Shown: positions 1-10,341, numbered from the stretch's first letter. The stretch: DNA of 14,308 nt from Elainellaceae cyanobacterium (GCA_051117555.1 JBNPEG010000063.1:53472-67779), one strand, 5' to 3'. The notes: a model not told the origin generated them from the letters alone. Numbers and translations are program-made.

Positions 1-90
1 TTTCCATGCCCAGCCTGTCACCGCGAGGAATAGGGTGGCGATCGCCAGAAATATTAGATTTTCAGTCAGAAGATGTGCCCCAATCATCAT
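1..90 (-). CDS. Partial ORF running off the left edge; hypothetical membrane protein (N-terminus only)
   Basis: Not in the ORF track. Manual translation of the minus strand from 90 gives MMIGAHLLTENLIFLAIATLFLAVTGWAWK, open to the window edge, with a hydrophobic TM-like stretch (LIFLAIATLFLAVTGWAW). The ATG directly follows the acnA TAG. Confidence 0.6.
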   Translation of the reverse strand, partial: MMIGAHLLTENLIFLAIATLFLAVTGWAWK

Positions 91-2772
91 CTAAGCCGCT
101 AACAACTGCCGCAATACATAGTGCAAAATACCGCCATTTCGGTAGTATGCCACCTCGTCTTCCGTGTCAATGCGGCACAGCACTGGCACCTCATCCGTGC
201 TGCCATCCGCGCGGTGAATGACCCACGTCAGCATCATGTGGGGCTTGATTCCATCTCCCAATCCCGTAATATCAAACGTTTCAGTACCATCTAGATGAAG
301 AGTTTGGCGATTCATGCCATCTGTGAACTGGAGGGGCAGCACGCCCATGCCGACTAAGTTAGAGCGGTGAATTCGCTCGTAGCTTTCAGCAATCACGGCT
401 TTGATGCCCAAGAGCCTCGTTCCTTTCGCTGCCCAATCGCGCGACGAGCCAGTGCCATATTCTTTTCCAGCAACCACAATCAACGGCGTACCATCCGCCA
501 TGTACTGCATTGCCGCGTCGTAAATCGACATTTCTTCGCCCGATGGCATGAATTTTGTCACACCGCCTGACGAACCTGGCACCATCTCATTCTTAAGACG
601 AATATTGGCAAACGTACCGCGCATCATAACTTCATGATTGCCCCGACGAGACCCGTACGAGTTGAAATCGGCAGGCACAACCTGGTTGCTGACGAGATAG
701 CTTCCCGCTGGACTTTCCTTCTTAATCGCTCCCGCAGGTGAAATGTGGTCGGTCGTAATGCTATCTCCTAAAATGGCGAGTGGTCGGGCTCCTTTGACAT
801 CGGCTAATCCCCCGCCATTTACGTCAGAACTCATATTTTCGAAGAAGGGCGGATTTTGCACATAGGTGCTAGATGATGTCCAGGCATAGGTTTTGCTATC
901 GACCGTATCGATTTGCCGCCAAGCCTGAGTGCCCGTGAAGACATTGCTATATCGGCTGCGAAACATGTGCGGGGTCAATGCCTGTTGCATGACCTCTTTA
1001 ATTTCTTGAGTCGTAGGCCAGATGTCTTTCAAAAACACGGGATGTCCCGCCTCGTCATGACCCAGGGGTTCATGTTTAAGATCGATTGCTAGATTTCCGG
1101 CGATCGCATAGGCAACTACTAACGGGGGGGATGCCAGATAGTTACACTTCGTATGGGGGCTAACTCGTCCTTCAAAGTTGCGGTTGCCTGATAAGACTGC
1201 ACAGGTGACCAGATCCTTGTCTTCGATCGCCTTAATGATGGGGTCAGGCAGCGGACCTGAATTCCCGATGCAGGTCGTACAGCCATAGCCCACCAGGTTA
1301 AACCCCAGCTGATCTAGATCGGTCTGTAGTCCTGCCTTATTTAAATAGTCAGAGACGACTTGGCTTCCTGGAGCCAGCGAGGTTTTTACCCAAGGCTTAA
1401 CGGTCAATCCTTTTTCGAGCGCCTTGCGCGCCACTAACCCTGCACCAATCATCACGGACGGATTTGAGGTATTGGTGCAGCTTGTAATTGCGGCAATTAC
1501 GACGGCTCCATCCGACAATTCATAGTCGGTTCCAGGCACCGGGGCTGAACGCTGCTGTTCGAATGGAACATTGCTAAAGCTGGGAAAATCTTTGTCCTTG
1601 AACTGGGATGCCGCATTTGACAACAGCACTCGATCTTGAGGGCGCTTAGGACCTGCTAACGAGGGTTCGACGGTTGATAAATCAAGTTCGAGCGTATCCG
1701 TGAAGACCGGATCGGGGCTGTCGTTATAGCGCCAGAGTCCTTGTTCTTTGGCATAGGCTTCGACGAGTGCAATTCTTTCTGGGTCACGTCCGGTGAACCG
1801 CAGATAGGTCAACGTCTCGTCATCAATGGGGAAAAAGCCACAGGTCGCGCCATATTCGGGAGCCATGTTGCTGATCGTGGCGCGATCGGCGAGGGTTAAA
1901 TGACTCAGCCCATCCCCGTAAAATTCAACAAATTTGCCGACGACGCCCTTCTGGCGCAACATTTGAGTCACTGTGAGAACTAAATCCGTTGCGGTTGCGC
2001 CTTCTGGAAGCTGCCCAACTAGCTTGAACCCGACCACTTCGGGAATCACCATCGAAATGGGCTGACCTAGCATCGCTGCTTCTGCTTCAATTCCGCCAAC
2101 CCCCCAACCGAGGACGGATAAGCCATTGATCATAGTGGTGTGACTGTCGGTGCCCACAAGTGTGTCTGGAGAGGCGATCGCCTCTCCGTTCTCATCTTTC
2201 GTCCAGACCACTTGAGCCAGGTATTCTAAGTTGACCTGATGGCAAATGCCAGTTCCTGGAGGGACAACACGGAAATTATCGAATGCATGCTGTCCCCATC
2301 GCAGAAACGCATAACGCTCATGATTGCGTTGAAATTCGTGAGCGACGTTTTCGGTGAATGCCGTTGAACTGCCAAACGCATCGACCATCACCGAGTGATC
2401 AATGACTAAATCGACGGGCGAGAGGGGATTAATCTTATCGGGATCGCCTCCAAGGGTCACGATCGCATCGCGCATTGCCGCCAAATCGACGACCGCCGGA
2501 ACCCCCGTAAAATCTTGCATGAGCACTCGCGCTGGACGATAGGCAATCTCACGAGTGGAGGTCTGATGGGTTAGCCAATCGGCGATCGCTCGCACATCAT
2601 CGGCAGTTACCGTACGACCATCTTCGTGGCGGAGTAGATTTTCTAAAAGCACTTTGAGACAGTAAGGCAGACGATGAATATCGCTCAACGTCTTCGCGAC
2701 TTCTGGCAAGCTGTAAATCTGATAGGTTTTCTGACCAACAGAGAGGGTGGTTTTGGCGTTAAAGCTATTCAC
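91..2772 (-). CDS. acnA: Aconitate hydratase A (AcnA/IRP family)
   Basis: 893 aa, GTG start. AcnA motifs: [33 protein letters not shown], Fe-S ligands [12 protein letters not shown] and [43 protein letters not shown]. Confidence 0.97.
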   Translation of the reverse strand: MNSFNAKTTLSVGQKTYQIYSLPEVAKTLSDIHRLPYCLKVLLENLLRHEDGRTVTADDVRAIADWLTHQTSTREIAYRPARVLMQDFTGVPAVVDLAAMRDAIVTLGGDPDKINPLSPVDLVIDHSVMVDAFGSSTAFTENVAHEFQRNHERYAFLRWGQHAFDNFRVVPPGTGICHQVNLEYLAQVVWTKDENGEAIASPDTLVGTDSHTTMINGLSVLGWGVGGIEAEAAMLGQPISMVIPEVVGFKLVGQLPEGATATDLVLTVTQMLRQKGVVGKFVEFYGDGLSHLTLADRATISNMAPEYGATCGFFPIDDETLTYLRFTGRDPERIALVEAYAKEQGLWRYNDSPDPVFTDTLELDLSTVEPSLAGPKRPQDRVLLSNAASQFKDKDFPSFSNVPFEQQRSAPVPGTDYELSDGAVVIAAITSCTNTSNPSVMIGAGLVARKALEKGLTVKPWVKTSLAPGSQVVSDYLNKAGLQTDLDQLGFNLVGYGCTTCIGNSGPLPDPIIKAIEDKDLVTCAVLSGNRNFEGRVSPHTKCNYLASPPLVVAYAIAGNLAIDLKHEPLGHDEAGHPVFLKDIWPTTQEIKEVMQQALTPHMFRSRYSNVFTGTQAWRQIDTVDSKTYAWTSSSTYVQNPPFFENMSSDVNGGGLADVKGARPLAILGDSITTDHISPAGAIKKESPAGSYLVSNQVVPADFNSYGSRRGNHEVMMRGTFANIRLKNEMVPGSSGGVTKFMPSGEEMSIYDAAMQYMADGTPLIVVAGKEYGTGSSRDWAAKGTRLLGIKAVIAESYERIHRSNLVGMGVLPLQFTDGMNRQTLHLDGTETFDITGLGDGIKPHMMLTWVIHRADGSTDEVPVLCRIDTEDEVAYYRNGGILHYVLRQLLAA

Positions 2773-3122
2773 GGCGGTTGTCTCTAAATCTTCAAACGAA
2801 CCGATGGCGACGATGGGGTCCTCATCATCCTACATAAGATGCAATCTAGATTTTATATAAAAAGTCGCCAAACGCTTAATCAATAGTGAGGAACATCCTG
2901 AAGTTCAAGAGTTTCAGCCTTTTAAGAATTTGCACTATTTTAGGCGTGTCACAACACTACAGCACCGTTTATTTATGTCCACCTATTATCGCTGCGATCT
3001 GTTGGCTCCCCCTCAAAGAATGGGCATGTTATGAGTGCGCCAAGCCCCATCAGCAGTTAGGGCAATGTTTAATTCTTCAAAGGAGCTGTTAGCTTCATAA
3101 AGTCAGGCGCTTCGTAAAATTA

Positions 3123-3139
3123 ATGATGAAGTTCATCAT
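3123..3139. promoter_or_regulatory. Perfect 8-1-8 inverted repeat, candidate operator in the divergent acnA/gmd region
   Basis: ATGATGAA-G-TTCATCAT seen directly; the operator role is inference. Confidence 0.3.
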
Positions 3140-3263
3140 GGGATTGTGCAATTTCTCAAAAAAACGAATAGCTTTGTAGTTCGTTCCTGAATAGTTATAA
3201 ATCAATCGGATATATCAAACCATTGGTAATGTCTACTGTTAAATTCGCCAAGGGGAATTGAGA

Positions 3264-4355
3264 ATGGCTCAGTCAAAATGTGCATTGATCACTGGAATCA
3301 CCGGGCAAGATGGGTCGTATCTGAGTGAACTTTTACTCGAAAACGGATACGAAGTTCACGGCATTATCCGGCGGACCTCCACCTTTAATACCGACCGGAT
3401 TGATCATATTTATCAAGACCCTCACGAGGAGCGCGCCAAATTATTTCTTCACTACGGCGATTTGACAGATGGCACAACGCTCCGTCGCATTTTGGAAGAG
3501 GTGCAGCCCACCGAAATTTATAATCTAGGTGCTCAATCCCACGTTCGAGTGAGCTTCGACTCTCCCGAATATACGGTTGATACTGTCGGCATGGGCACCC
3601 TGCGATTGCTAGAAGCAATTCGTGACTATCGCCGTCGTACTGGAATTGATGTGCGCTTTTATCAAGCAGGCTCATCAGAGATGTTTGGGAAAGTGCAAGA
3701 CATTCCTCAAAAAGAAACGACGCCTTTCTATCCCCGCAGTCCCTATGCCTGTGCCAAAGTCTATTCTCACTGGCAAACGGTTAATTATCGCGAGTCTTAC
3801 GGCATTTTTGCGTGCAACGGTATTTTGTTTAATCACGAATCCCCTCGTCGTGGCGAAACCTTTGTCACTCGCAAAATTACGCGGGCGATCGCTCGCATTG
3901 TCGCCGGGCAGCAACGTAAGCTATATCTCGGAAATCTCGATGCCAAACGAGATTGGGGCTATGCCAAGGATTACGTAAGGGCCATGTGGTTAATGCTTCA
4001 GCAAGATGAGGCTGATGATTATGTAGTGGCTACAGGTGAAACGCATTCAGTCCGGGAGTTTCTCGAACTCGCCTTCAAATGCGTCAATTTAAATTGGCAA
4101 GACTATGTCGAATTTGACGATCGATATCTCCGACCTGCCGAGGTTGATCTATTAATTGGTGATCCAACAAAAGTCCGGCAGAAATTAAATTGGCACCCAA
4201 CGGTGACCTTTGAAGATCTGGTTGCTCTGATGGTTGAGGCCGATCTGAAATGTCTCGGTCTGATTTCTGGCAACGGAAAGGTTGCACCCGATAATTTGGA
4301 AAATGCTACGATTCGTCAGGGGCTTGGAAGCCTGATTAGCTGGCAATCGCCCTAA
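3264..4355 (+). CDS. gmd: GDP-mannose 4,6-dehydratase
   Basis: [14 protein letters not shown]ossmann motif, [30 protein letters not shown] (YxxxK), [30 protein letters not shown] 3264 preferred over TTG 3258 because AGGGGA (3251-3256) sits 7 nt upstream of it. Confidence 0.97.
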   Translation: MAQSKCALITGITGQDGSYLSELLLENGYEVHGIIRRTSTFNTDRIDHIYQDPHEERAKLFLHYGDLTDGTTLRRILEEVQPTEIYNLGAQSHVRVSFDSPEYTVDTVGMGTLRLLEAIRDYRRRTGIDVRFYQAGSSEMFGKVQDIPQKETTPFYPRSPYACAKVYSHWQTVNYRESYGIFACNGILFNHESPRRGETFVTRKITRAIARIVAGQQRKLYLGNLDAKRDWGYAKDYVRAMWLMLQQDEADDYVVATGETHSVREFLELAFKCVNLNWQDYVEFDDRYLRPAEVDLLIGDPTKVRQKLNWHPTVTFEDLVALMVEADLKCLGLISGNGKVAPDNLENATIRQGLGSLISWQSP

Positions 4356-4389
4356 TGCTAAGTTTGTGTCGAGTATTTGACTATGCTGA

Positions 4390-5355
<966 letters not shown>

Positions 5356-5387
5356 CTTTGAGTTTTATGATGTTCCTAAAACCTGCA

Positions 5388-5429
5388 CTGCACCCTGACT
5401 CTTAGTAGCTGCACCCCGACTGTTAGTAG
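5388..5429. repeat. Two tandem 21-bp imperfect direct repeats between convergent genes
   Basis: CTGCACCCTGACTCTTAGTAG (5388-5408) and CTGCACCCCGACTGTTAGTAG (5409-5429), 19/21 identical. Confidence 0.8.
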
Positions 5430-5452
5430 TAGACACTCATGTCGATAGATGA

Positions 5453-6043
5453 CTATTGAGGCGGTGTCTGTTGGATTGCAGCTTCGGCATTTTGAATGGC
5501 TTCAGTTGCGTACGTATTGCCAGGTCGCTGCTCTAGAGCACGCCTGAAATTAATCAGTGCAGTTTGATAATCTTTCTGCTGCATGGCAGCATAACCGACA
5601 GTCATACATTGCGTGAAGTCACACGGATAATCTGACGCGGCAGTTTGATTCGTAGGAGATGAAACCGACTCATCTGACGTGGTGGATAGATCAGTCGATA
5701 ATTCAGAGGAGTCGGCGGATGCCTCGACGGGAATCTCGTCGGAAGAACCAGGCGTGAGTGCAGGATTTAACCCACTCCCTGCAAGTGAATCCGACATAAA
5801 TGCAAACCCTAATATCCCCAGGAGCCCGACCAAGAAACCACCAATTTGTAAGAAAAAGGATTTTCTAACCGGGATACGGCTCCACTTTTTGATGAAGAAA
5901 ACGAGTGCAGCAAACGGGACAAATAAATATAGCAATCCCCACACTGCACTGTCTTGGAATGCCAGAATGAGCCCCCAAATTCCTCCCGTTAACATAATCA
6001 GATAGCCTACGGCCATAACGACAAATAAAACAATGGCGACCAT
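5453..6043 (-). CDS. Hypothetical membrane protein: about 3 N-terminal TM helices, Ser/Asp-rich linker, C-terminal TPR-like motif
   Basis: 196 aa with AGGAGG RBS upstream. Hydrophobic residues 1-83, low-complexity linker, then GYAAMQQKDYQTALINFRRALEQRPGNTYATEAI resembling a single TPR. Confidence 0.85.
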   Translation of the reverse strand: MVAIVLFVVMAVGYLIMLTGGIWGLILAFQDSAVWGLLYLFVPFAALVFFIKKWSRIPVRKSFFLQIGGFLVGLLGILGFAFMSDSLAGSGLNPALTPGSSDEIPVEASADSSELSTDLSTTSDESVSSPTNQTAASDYPCDFTQCMTVGYAAMQQKDYQTALINFRRALEQRPGNTYATEAIQNAEAAIQQTPPQ

Positions 6044-6069
6044 CTATATCCTCCTGATTCAATGTGAAC

Positions 6070-6153
6070 TATAGCAATCCCGGGTTGTGAGCGGTGGGGC
6101 GGTCGACGCTCCACCGCTCACACACAATTTACAAGCGATTTAGGATCGCTGTA
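6070..6153. repeat. Short palindromic dispersed-repeat/MITE-like element with an internal 16-bp hairpin
   Basis: Termini TATAGCAATCC (6070-6080) and GGATCGCTGTA (6143-6153) match 9/11 as an inverted repeat. Internal stem TGTGAGCGGTGGGGCG (6086-6101) / CGCTCCACCGCTCACA (6107-6122) has one G-T pair and a 5-nt loop. Confidence 0.65.
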
Positions 6154-6400
6154 TATCGTCCTAGTCAAAGAAACGAGCTTCAGGCATAGGATGGCTCAAT
6201 TTTTCGCTAAATTCGGCAAATTTTACCTACCTTAATGTTTAGTCCAGTGAGTCAGCCCGATAGATCTTTATAGCCCTATGGGCTCACTACACGTTCAACG
6301 TCCTAACGCGAGAGCGTACGGATAACATAGGTCGCTACATTTTTCTCTGCATACTGAAGACATAAGAGCGTTGATAGCAACGCACTCGTGAGGGGGTAGT

Positions 6401-6997
6401 GTGACAACAGATAGACAATCTGATACGGTCAACTCGAATAAAGCTAATTTGAGGCGATCGCTCCTGAATACCCGTAAATCGATGCCTCCAGAGGTGTGGC
6501 GAGCCAACAGCGATCGCCTCTGTGACCACCTCCAACAGGTTCCCTTATTTACCCAAGCCACCACCATCCTGAGCTTTCTCAGTTTTCGACAAGAGCCTGA
6601 TTTGAGTCTTCTCTACAAGCTCCCCAAACGCTGGGGATTTCCTCGATGTGTTGAAACATCACTGGTTTGGCATCTAGGGTCGCCGTTGAGTTCGATGGGG
6701 TTTCAAACAGGGGCATACGGCATCCAAGAACCTCATCCCAATTTGCCCTTAATTGATCCCAGCACGGTTGATTTGATTCTCGTTCCGGCGATCGCCTGTG
6801 ATAGGCGAGGATATCGCCTAGGCTACGGAGGCGGATTCTACGATCGGATGCTCAGTCAATCTGCTTGGTCAGCAAAGCCAACCATTGGCATCATATTTGA
6901 CTTTGCGTGTTTGGCGACCTTGCCAATCGATCCGTGGGATTATCCCTTACATGGAATTTGCACCGAAGCAGGTTTTTTCTGGTCTAAAGACTATTAA
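6401..6997 (+). CDS. 5-formyltetrahydrofolate cyclo-ligase (YgfA/Fau family)
   Basis: 198 aa, GTG start after GAGGGGG. Motifs: KANLRRSLL, QEPDL, YGIQEP, DLILVPAIACDRRGYRLGYGGGFYDR, PWDYPL. Confidence 0.95.
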   Translation: MTTDRQSDTVNSNKANLRRSLLNTRKSMPPEVWRANSDRLCDHLQQVPLFTQATTILSFLSFRQEPDLSLLYKLPKRWGFPRCVETSLVWHLGSPLSSMGFQTGAYGIQEPHPNLPLIDPSTVDLILVPAIACDRRGYRLGYGGGFYDRMLSQSAWSAKPTIGIIFDFACLATLPIDPWDYPLHGICTEAGFFWSKDY

Positions 6998-7054
6998 TCT
7001 GCTTAAATCCTTTGAAATTCTCAGCAGGCGATGAGATTACCAAACTGAGCGGGA

Positions 7055-8545
7055 ATGCTAGAACCATCGCTAGGGGAATCAGGGATGCAGTGTGGCTATA
7101 AACCTGCTTGGGAGCATGTCCGTTCATGCTTTCGGCAAATTTGGGGATATGATGACTTTCGCCCACCTCAAGGCGAAATTGTCCAATGTTTGCTGTCTCA
7201 TCAAGATGCACTGATTGTCATGCCAACCGGAGGCGGAAAATCCATTTGTTTCCAGCTTCCTGCACTGATGCGAACGGGACTAACGCTTGTCATCTCTCCC
7301 CTCGTGGCCCTCATGGAAGATCAGGTGCAAGACTTACAGGCTCGCCATCTGCCTGCGGCGGCATTACATAGTGAACTGTCTTCCTATCATCGGCACCAAA
7401 TTCTACGCGATTTGGAGAGGCAGCATCTCCGATTGCTCTATGTATCGCCAGAAACCCTACTAAACCCGATGGTTTGGGAGCGGTTGTGCCATCCCCATCT
7501 GAAGATTAATGGACTGATTTTGGACGAGGCTCATTGTCTTATTCAGTGGGGAGACACGTTCCGACCTGCCTATCGACGACTTGGCGCCGTGCGATCTGCG
7601 TTGCTCAAAACGAAGCCTCCCGGCACTCAGATGGCGATCGCTGCGTTTACGGCGACCGCTGATCCAACGGCTCAGCGCATCATTCAAGATGTTCTGCGTC
7701 TCCAAAATCCCCGAACTTTTCTACTGAGTCCCTATCGCCCTAATCTCCATCTTTCAGTTCAAATTGCTTGGACGCCTCGAAGCCGTCGCCAAAAATTATT
7801 GCGCTTTATCGAATCGCATCCGGACACCTCCGGACTGATTTACACCCGCACGCGGCGAGATAGTGAAGAGTTAGCGAATTGGTTAGAATCGAGCGGCTAT
7901 CACACGGCTGCCTATCATGCCGGACTCAGCCCCAGCGAGCGACGCCGAATTGAGTCGACTTGGATATCAGGTGGACTTCCGTTTGTGATTTGCACATCTG
8001 CGTTTGGAATGGGCATTAATAAACCAAACGTGCGATGGGTGGTGCATTTCCACGCTCCATCTCTGTTGTCTGAATATCTGCAAGAAATTGGTCGGGGTGG
8101 ACGAGATGGAAAACCCTCAGACGCCCTGACCCTGATTAGTGAGCCGACCGGATGGCTTGATCCGAGTGACAATCAGCGGCGCAAATTTTTTGAGCACACT
8201 ATTCAGGCTCAAATTCAGCAGGCACAGCGAATGATTCGGCAGATTCCCCCTCGCGGTGATGCGACTGCCGTAGCGAGAGATATTAAAGATGGAGCGATCG
8301 CCCTGTCTTTACTGCACAGTATGGGGAGATTGGAGTGGCAAGACCCATTTACCTACACTATTGATGCGGCTAAACCCGCTAACTCAGTGAACATATTGAG
8401 CGGGGCTCAGCAAATGCAGCGGTATCTGAATACTCGTCAGTGTCGCTGGACAGTGTTACTTGAGTCGTTTGGATTCCACGATGAAGCAGCAGGCATGAAA
8501 TGCGGTCACTGCGATCGCTGTCAAGTTGCTAAGCAGAACACCTAA
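7055..8545 (+). CDS. recQ: Short RecQ-family ATP-dependent DNA helicase
   Basis: GYDDFRPPQ, MPTGGGKSICFQLPA (Walker A), DEAHC, TATA, YHAGL, TSAFGMGINKPNVR, QEIGRGGRDG, and C-terminal Zn-binding CRW...CGHCDRC. No HRDC domain. Exact start uncertain. Confidence 0.93.
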   Translation: MLEPSLGESGMQCGYKPAWEHVRSCFRQIWGYDDFRPPQGEIVQCLLSHQDALIVMPTGGGKSICFQLPALMRTGLTLVISPLVALMEDQVQDLQARHLPAAALHSELSSYHRHQILRDLERQHLRLLYVSPETLLNPMVWERLCHPHLKINGLILDEAHCLIQWGDTFRPAYRRLGAVRSALLKTKPPGTQMAIAAFTATADPTAQRIIQDVLRLQNPRTFLLSPYRPNLHLSVQIAWTPRSRRQKLLRFIESHPDTSGLIYTRTRRDSEELANWLESSGYHTAAYHAGLSPSERRRIESTWISGGLPFVICTSAFGMGINKPNVRWVVHFHAPSLLSEYLQEIGRGGRDGKPSDALTLISEPTGWLDPSDNQRRKFFEHTIQAQIQQAQRMIRQIPPRGDATAVARDIKDGAIALSLLHSMGRLEWQDPFTYTIDAAKPANSVNILSGAQQMQRYLNTRQCRWTVLLESFGFHDEAAGMKCGHCDRCQVAKQNT

Positions 8546-8647
8546 TTTGCAATAATCTGCCAAATTATTCACTATCTGTCTTCTAATCAGCATCGTTATT
8601 TCTGATCAGCATTTTTGCCCTTGACACAATTGCGAATTGCTTTATTT

Positions 8648-10105
8648 CTATTTGCTAATCCTTGGGATGGTGTATTCATCATCGGTTGTGACATGAGGCT
8701 TATGACCGCTGATGGCTTGCTTCATGACCTGAGCGGCAATATTGGGCTTAAACAATGCCGTTGGCGGCTTGAGCATGTGCATGACTTCTACAAAGGTTTG
8801 AAAAACTTCAGGTTTTTCGAGGGAGACAACCGCGAGCTGGTCGATGTAGCGGTGCATGAGACGAGTCGTCCAGTCGGGCTTGCCTCCTTCGGTTGTTTTC
8901 CAGCGAAAGTCTTCGCCTGTTGCCATCATCCAGGGTGTGGCAACAATCTGAGCGAGCTGTTTCTGGAAATGGAGGGGCAGTCCCCGCAATTCTCCAGGGG
9001 TTTGAGCGAGCTGATTGCGAATGCATTCCTCTAGAGTAATCGCGCCCAACGCTGCAACAGTCATGCCTTGTCCATGAACCGGATTAAATGCACAGACTGC
9101 GTCTCCAAGAGCGACAACGCCATCCGGAAAGCGAGTCAACTTATCGTAGTGCCGAAGTCGATTTTCGGTGCGTCGATAGCTATAAACCGGGGAAAGAGGT
9201 TTGGCATCCTTCAGCAAGTCGTAGAGAACTGGATTGCGGAGACTCCGCGCAAATCCTAAAAATCCATCTTCATCAATGGGGGGATGATCGTCGCCAATTC
9301 CGGACAGGGTGACGACCCAGCAGTTTCCTTCAACTGGGTAAAGAACGCCTCCACGGGACTGTTGGGGGGGTTTTGGAGCAATCAACAACCCTTGCCAATC
9401 TGCGTCTAACCCATCGGGGCGTTGATACCATCGACTGCCGTATCCCAAAAACGAGTTTACGACAGTTTCTTGTACCGCAGGATATCCGAGGACTTCCAGC
9501 CATTCAGGCAGTATTGAATTGCGACCACTGGCGTCTACGGTAAGGTCGGCAGTAATCGTTTCGGTTTGTGCCAGGGCAGCTTCTCGCTGACGATGGCGGC
9601 GGGTGAGCTTGATTCCAGTGATTCGCGTGCGATCGCTCGTGCTCATCACTCCTTTGACTTGGCAGCCATCGAGCAGCTTGATATTGCCAAATGTTTCAAG
9701 GCGTTGACGAACAAGCCACTCTAGCAGGGTGCGGCTACAGGTACGCCCGGTCAATCCGGAGTGAAAGCGGGGTTCCCATCCCCAAAACCCGAGCCAGGGC
9801 CAATCTGCTGTCCAGTCGAGAGTGGGCGCGCCTGAGGCGGTTAGCTCATCTAGAAGCCCTGGAAATAGCTGTTCAAGAAGCTGTTGCCCCCGAGTCAGCA
9901 GCACATGAACATGGTTTGATTGGGGCACTCCCGGACGAAATTCAGGCGTTTCTGGAAAGCGATCGCGCTCCACGAGCGTCACCTGATCAAAATGGTTGGC
10001 TAGCACGCGTGCTGATAAAAGCCCAGCCATGCTGCCACCGATGACGAGGGCATGGGTGGATGGTGTCTGAACTTGAGCCTGATCTGAGACAGTAGACATA
10101 ATCAT
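8648..10105 (-). CDS. FAD-dependent monooxygenase/oxidoreductase (LasC-like/UbiH-related); substrate unknown
   Basis: ALVIGGSMAGL FAD-binding motif, ERD, RPGVPQSNHVH, VDASGRNS, GDAVCAFNPVHGQGMT. Confidence 0.88.
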   Translation of the reverse strand: MIMSTVSDQAQVQTPSTHALVIGGSMAGLLSARVLANHFDQVTLVERDRFPETPEFRPGVPQSNHVHVLLTRGQQLLEQLFPGLLDELTASGAPTLDWTADWPWLGFWGWEPRFHSGLTGRTCSRTLLEWLVRQRLETFGNIKLLDGCQVKGVMSTSDRTRITGIKLTRRHRQREAALAQTETITADLTVDASGRNSILPEWLEVLGYPAVQETVVNSFLGYGSRWYQRPDGLDADWQGLLIAPKPPQQSRGGVLYPVEGNCWVVTLSGIGDDHPPIDEDGFLGFARSLRNPVLYDLLKDAKPLSPVYSYRRTENRLRHYDKLTRFPDGVVALGDAVCAFNPVHGQGMTVAALGAITLEECIRNQLAQTPGELRGLPLHFQKQLAQIVATPWMMATGEDFRWKTTEGGKPDWTTRLMHRYIDQLAVVSLEKPEVFQTFVEVMHMLKPPTALFKPNIAAQVMKQAISGHKPHVTTDDEYTIPRISK

Positions 10106-10249
10106 CTTTCTATCTATACAGAAAAAATACGAACGGTAGGCATTAAAGGAGGTCTTTCGACCGATGGCGTTGGCGCTTAGTGCTCGTGAATCTGAGACAT
10201 AATTACGCTTAATACCGAATGCCCGCTCTCACGGATGCTCGCTGATACG

Positions 10250-10277
10250 TTTCTACAAACAAATTTCTACAAACAAA
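10250..10277. repeat. Perfect 14-bp tandem duplication
   Basis: TTTCTACAAACAAA x2 (10250-10263, 10264-10277) in the arginase-monooxygenase spacer. Confidence 0.85.
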
Positions 10278-10341
10278 GATTTAATGGGCTCCTCAAGGCT
10301 AGTGTAACTCTTCAAAAATTTTCGCCCAATTTAGTACATAT

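Noticed and set aside
2805..2832. Iron-responsive-element-like hairpin in the acnA leader
   Set aside because: A small stem (GAUGAUG/CAUCGUC) can form, but there is no CAGUG loop or bulged C.
2886..3092. 68-aa ORF in the acnA-gmd spacer
   Set aside because: No clear RBS, no recognisable family, and atypical Cys-rich composition; probably spurious.
6295..6567. Short antisense or overlapping ORFs here and within acnA, gmd, fcl, the TPR gene, recQ, the monooxygenase and the arginase
   Set aside because: They overlap well-supported genes in other frames and show no protein motifs.
8543..8567. Terminator after recQ (TAATTTGC...GCCAAATTA)
   Set aside because: The stem is AT-rich and bulged with no U-tract; too weak to call.
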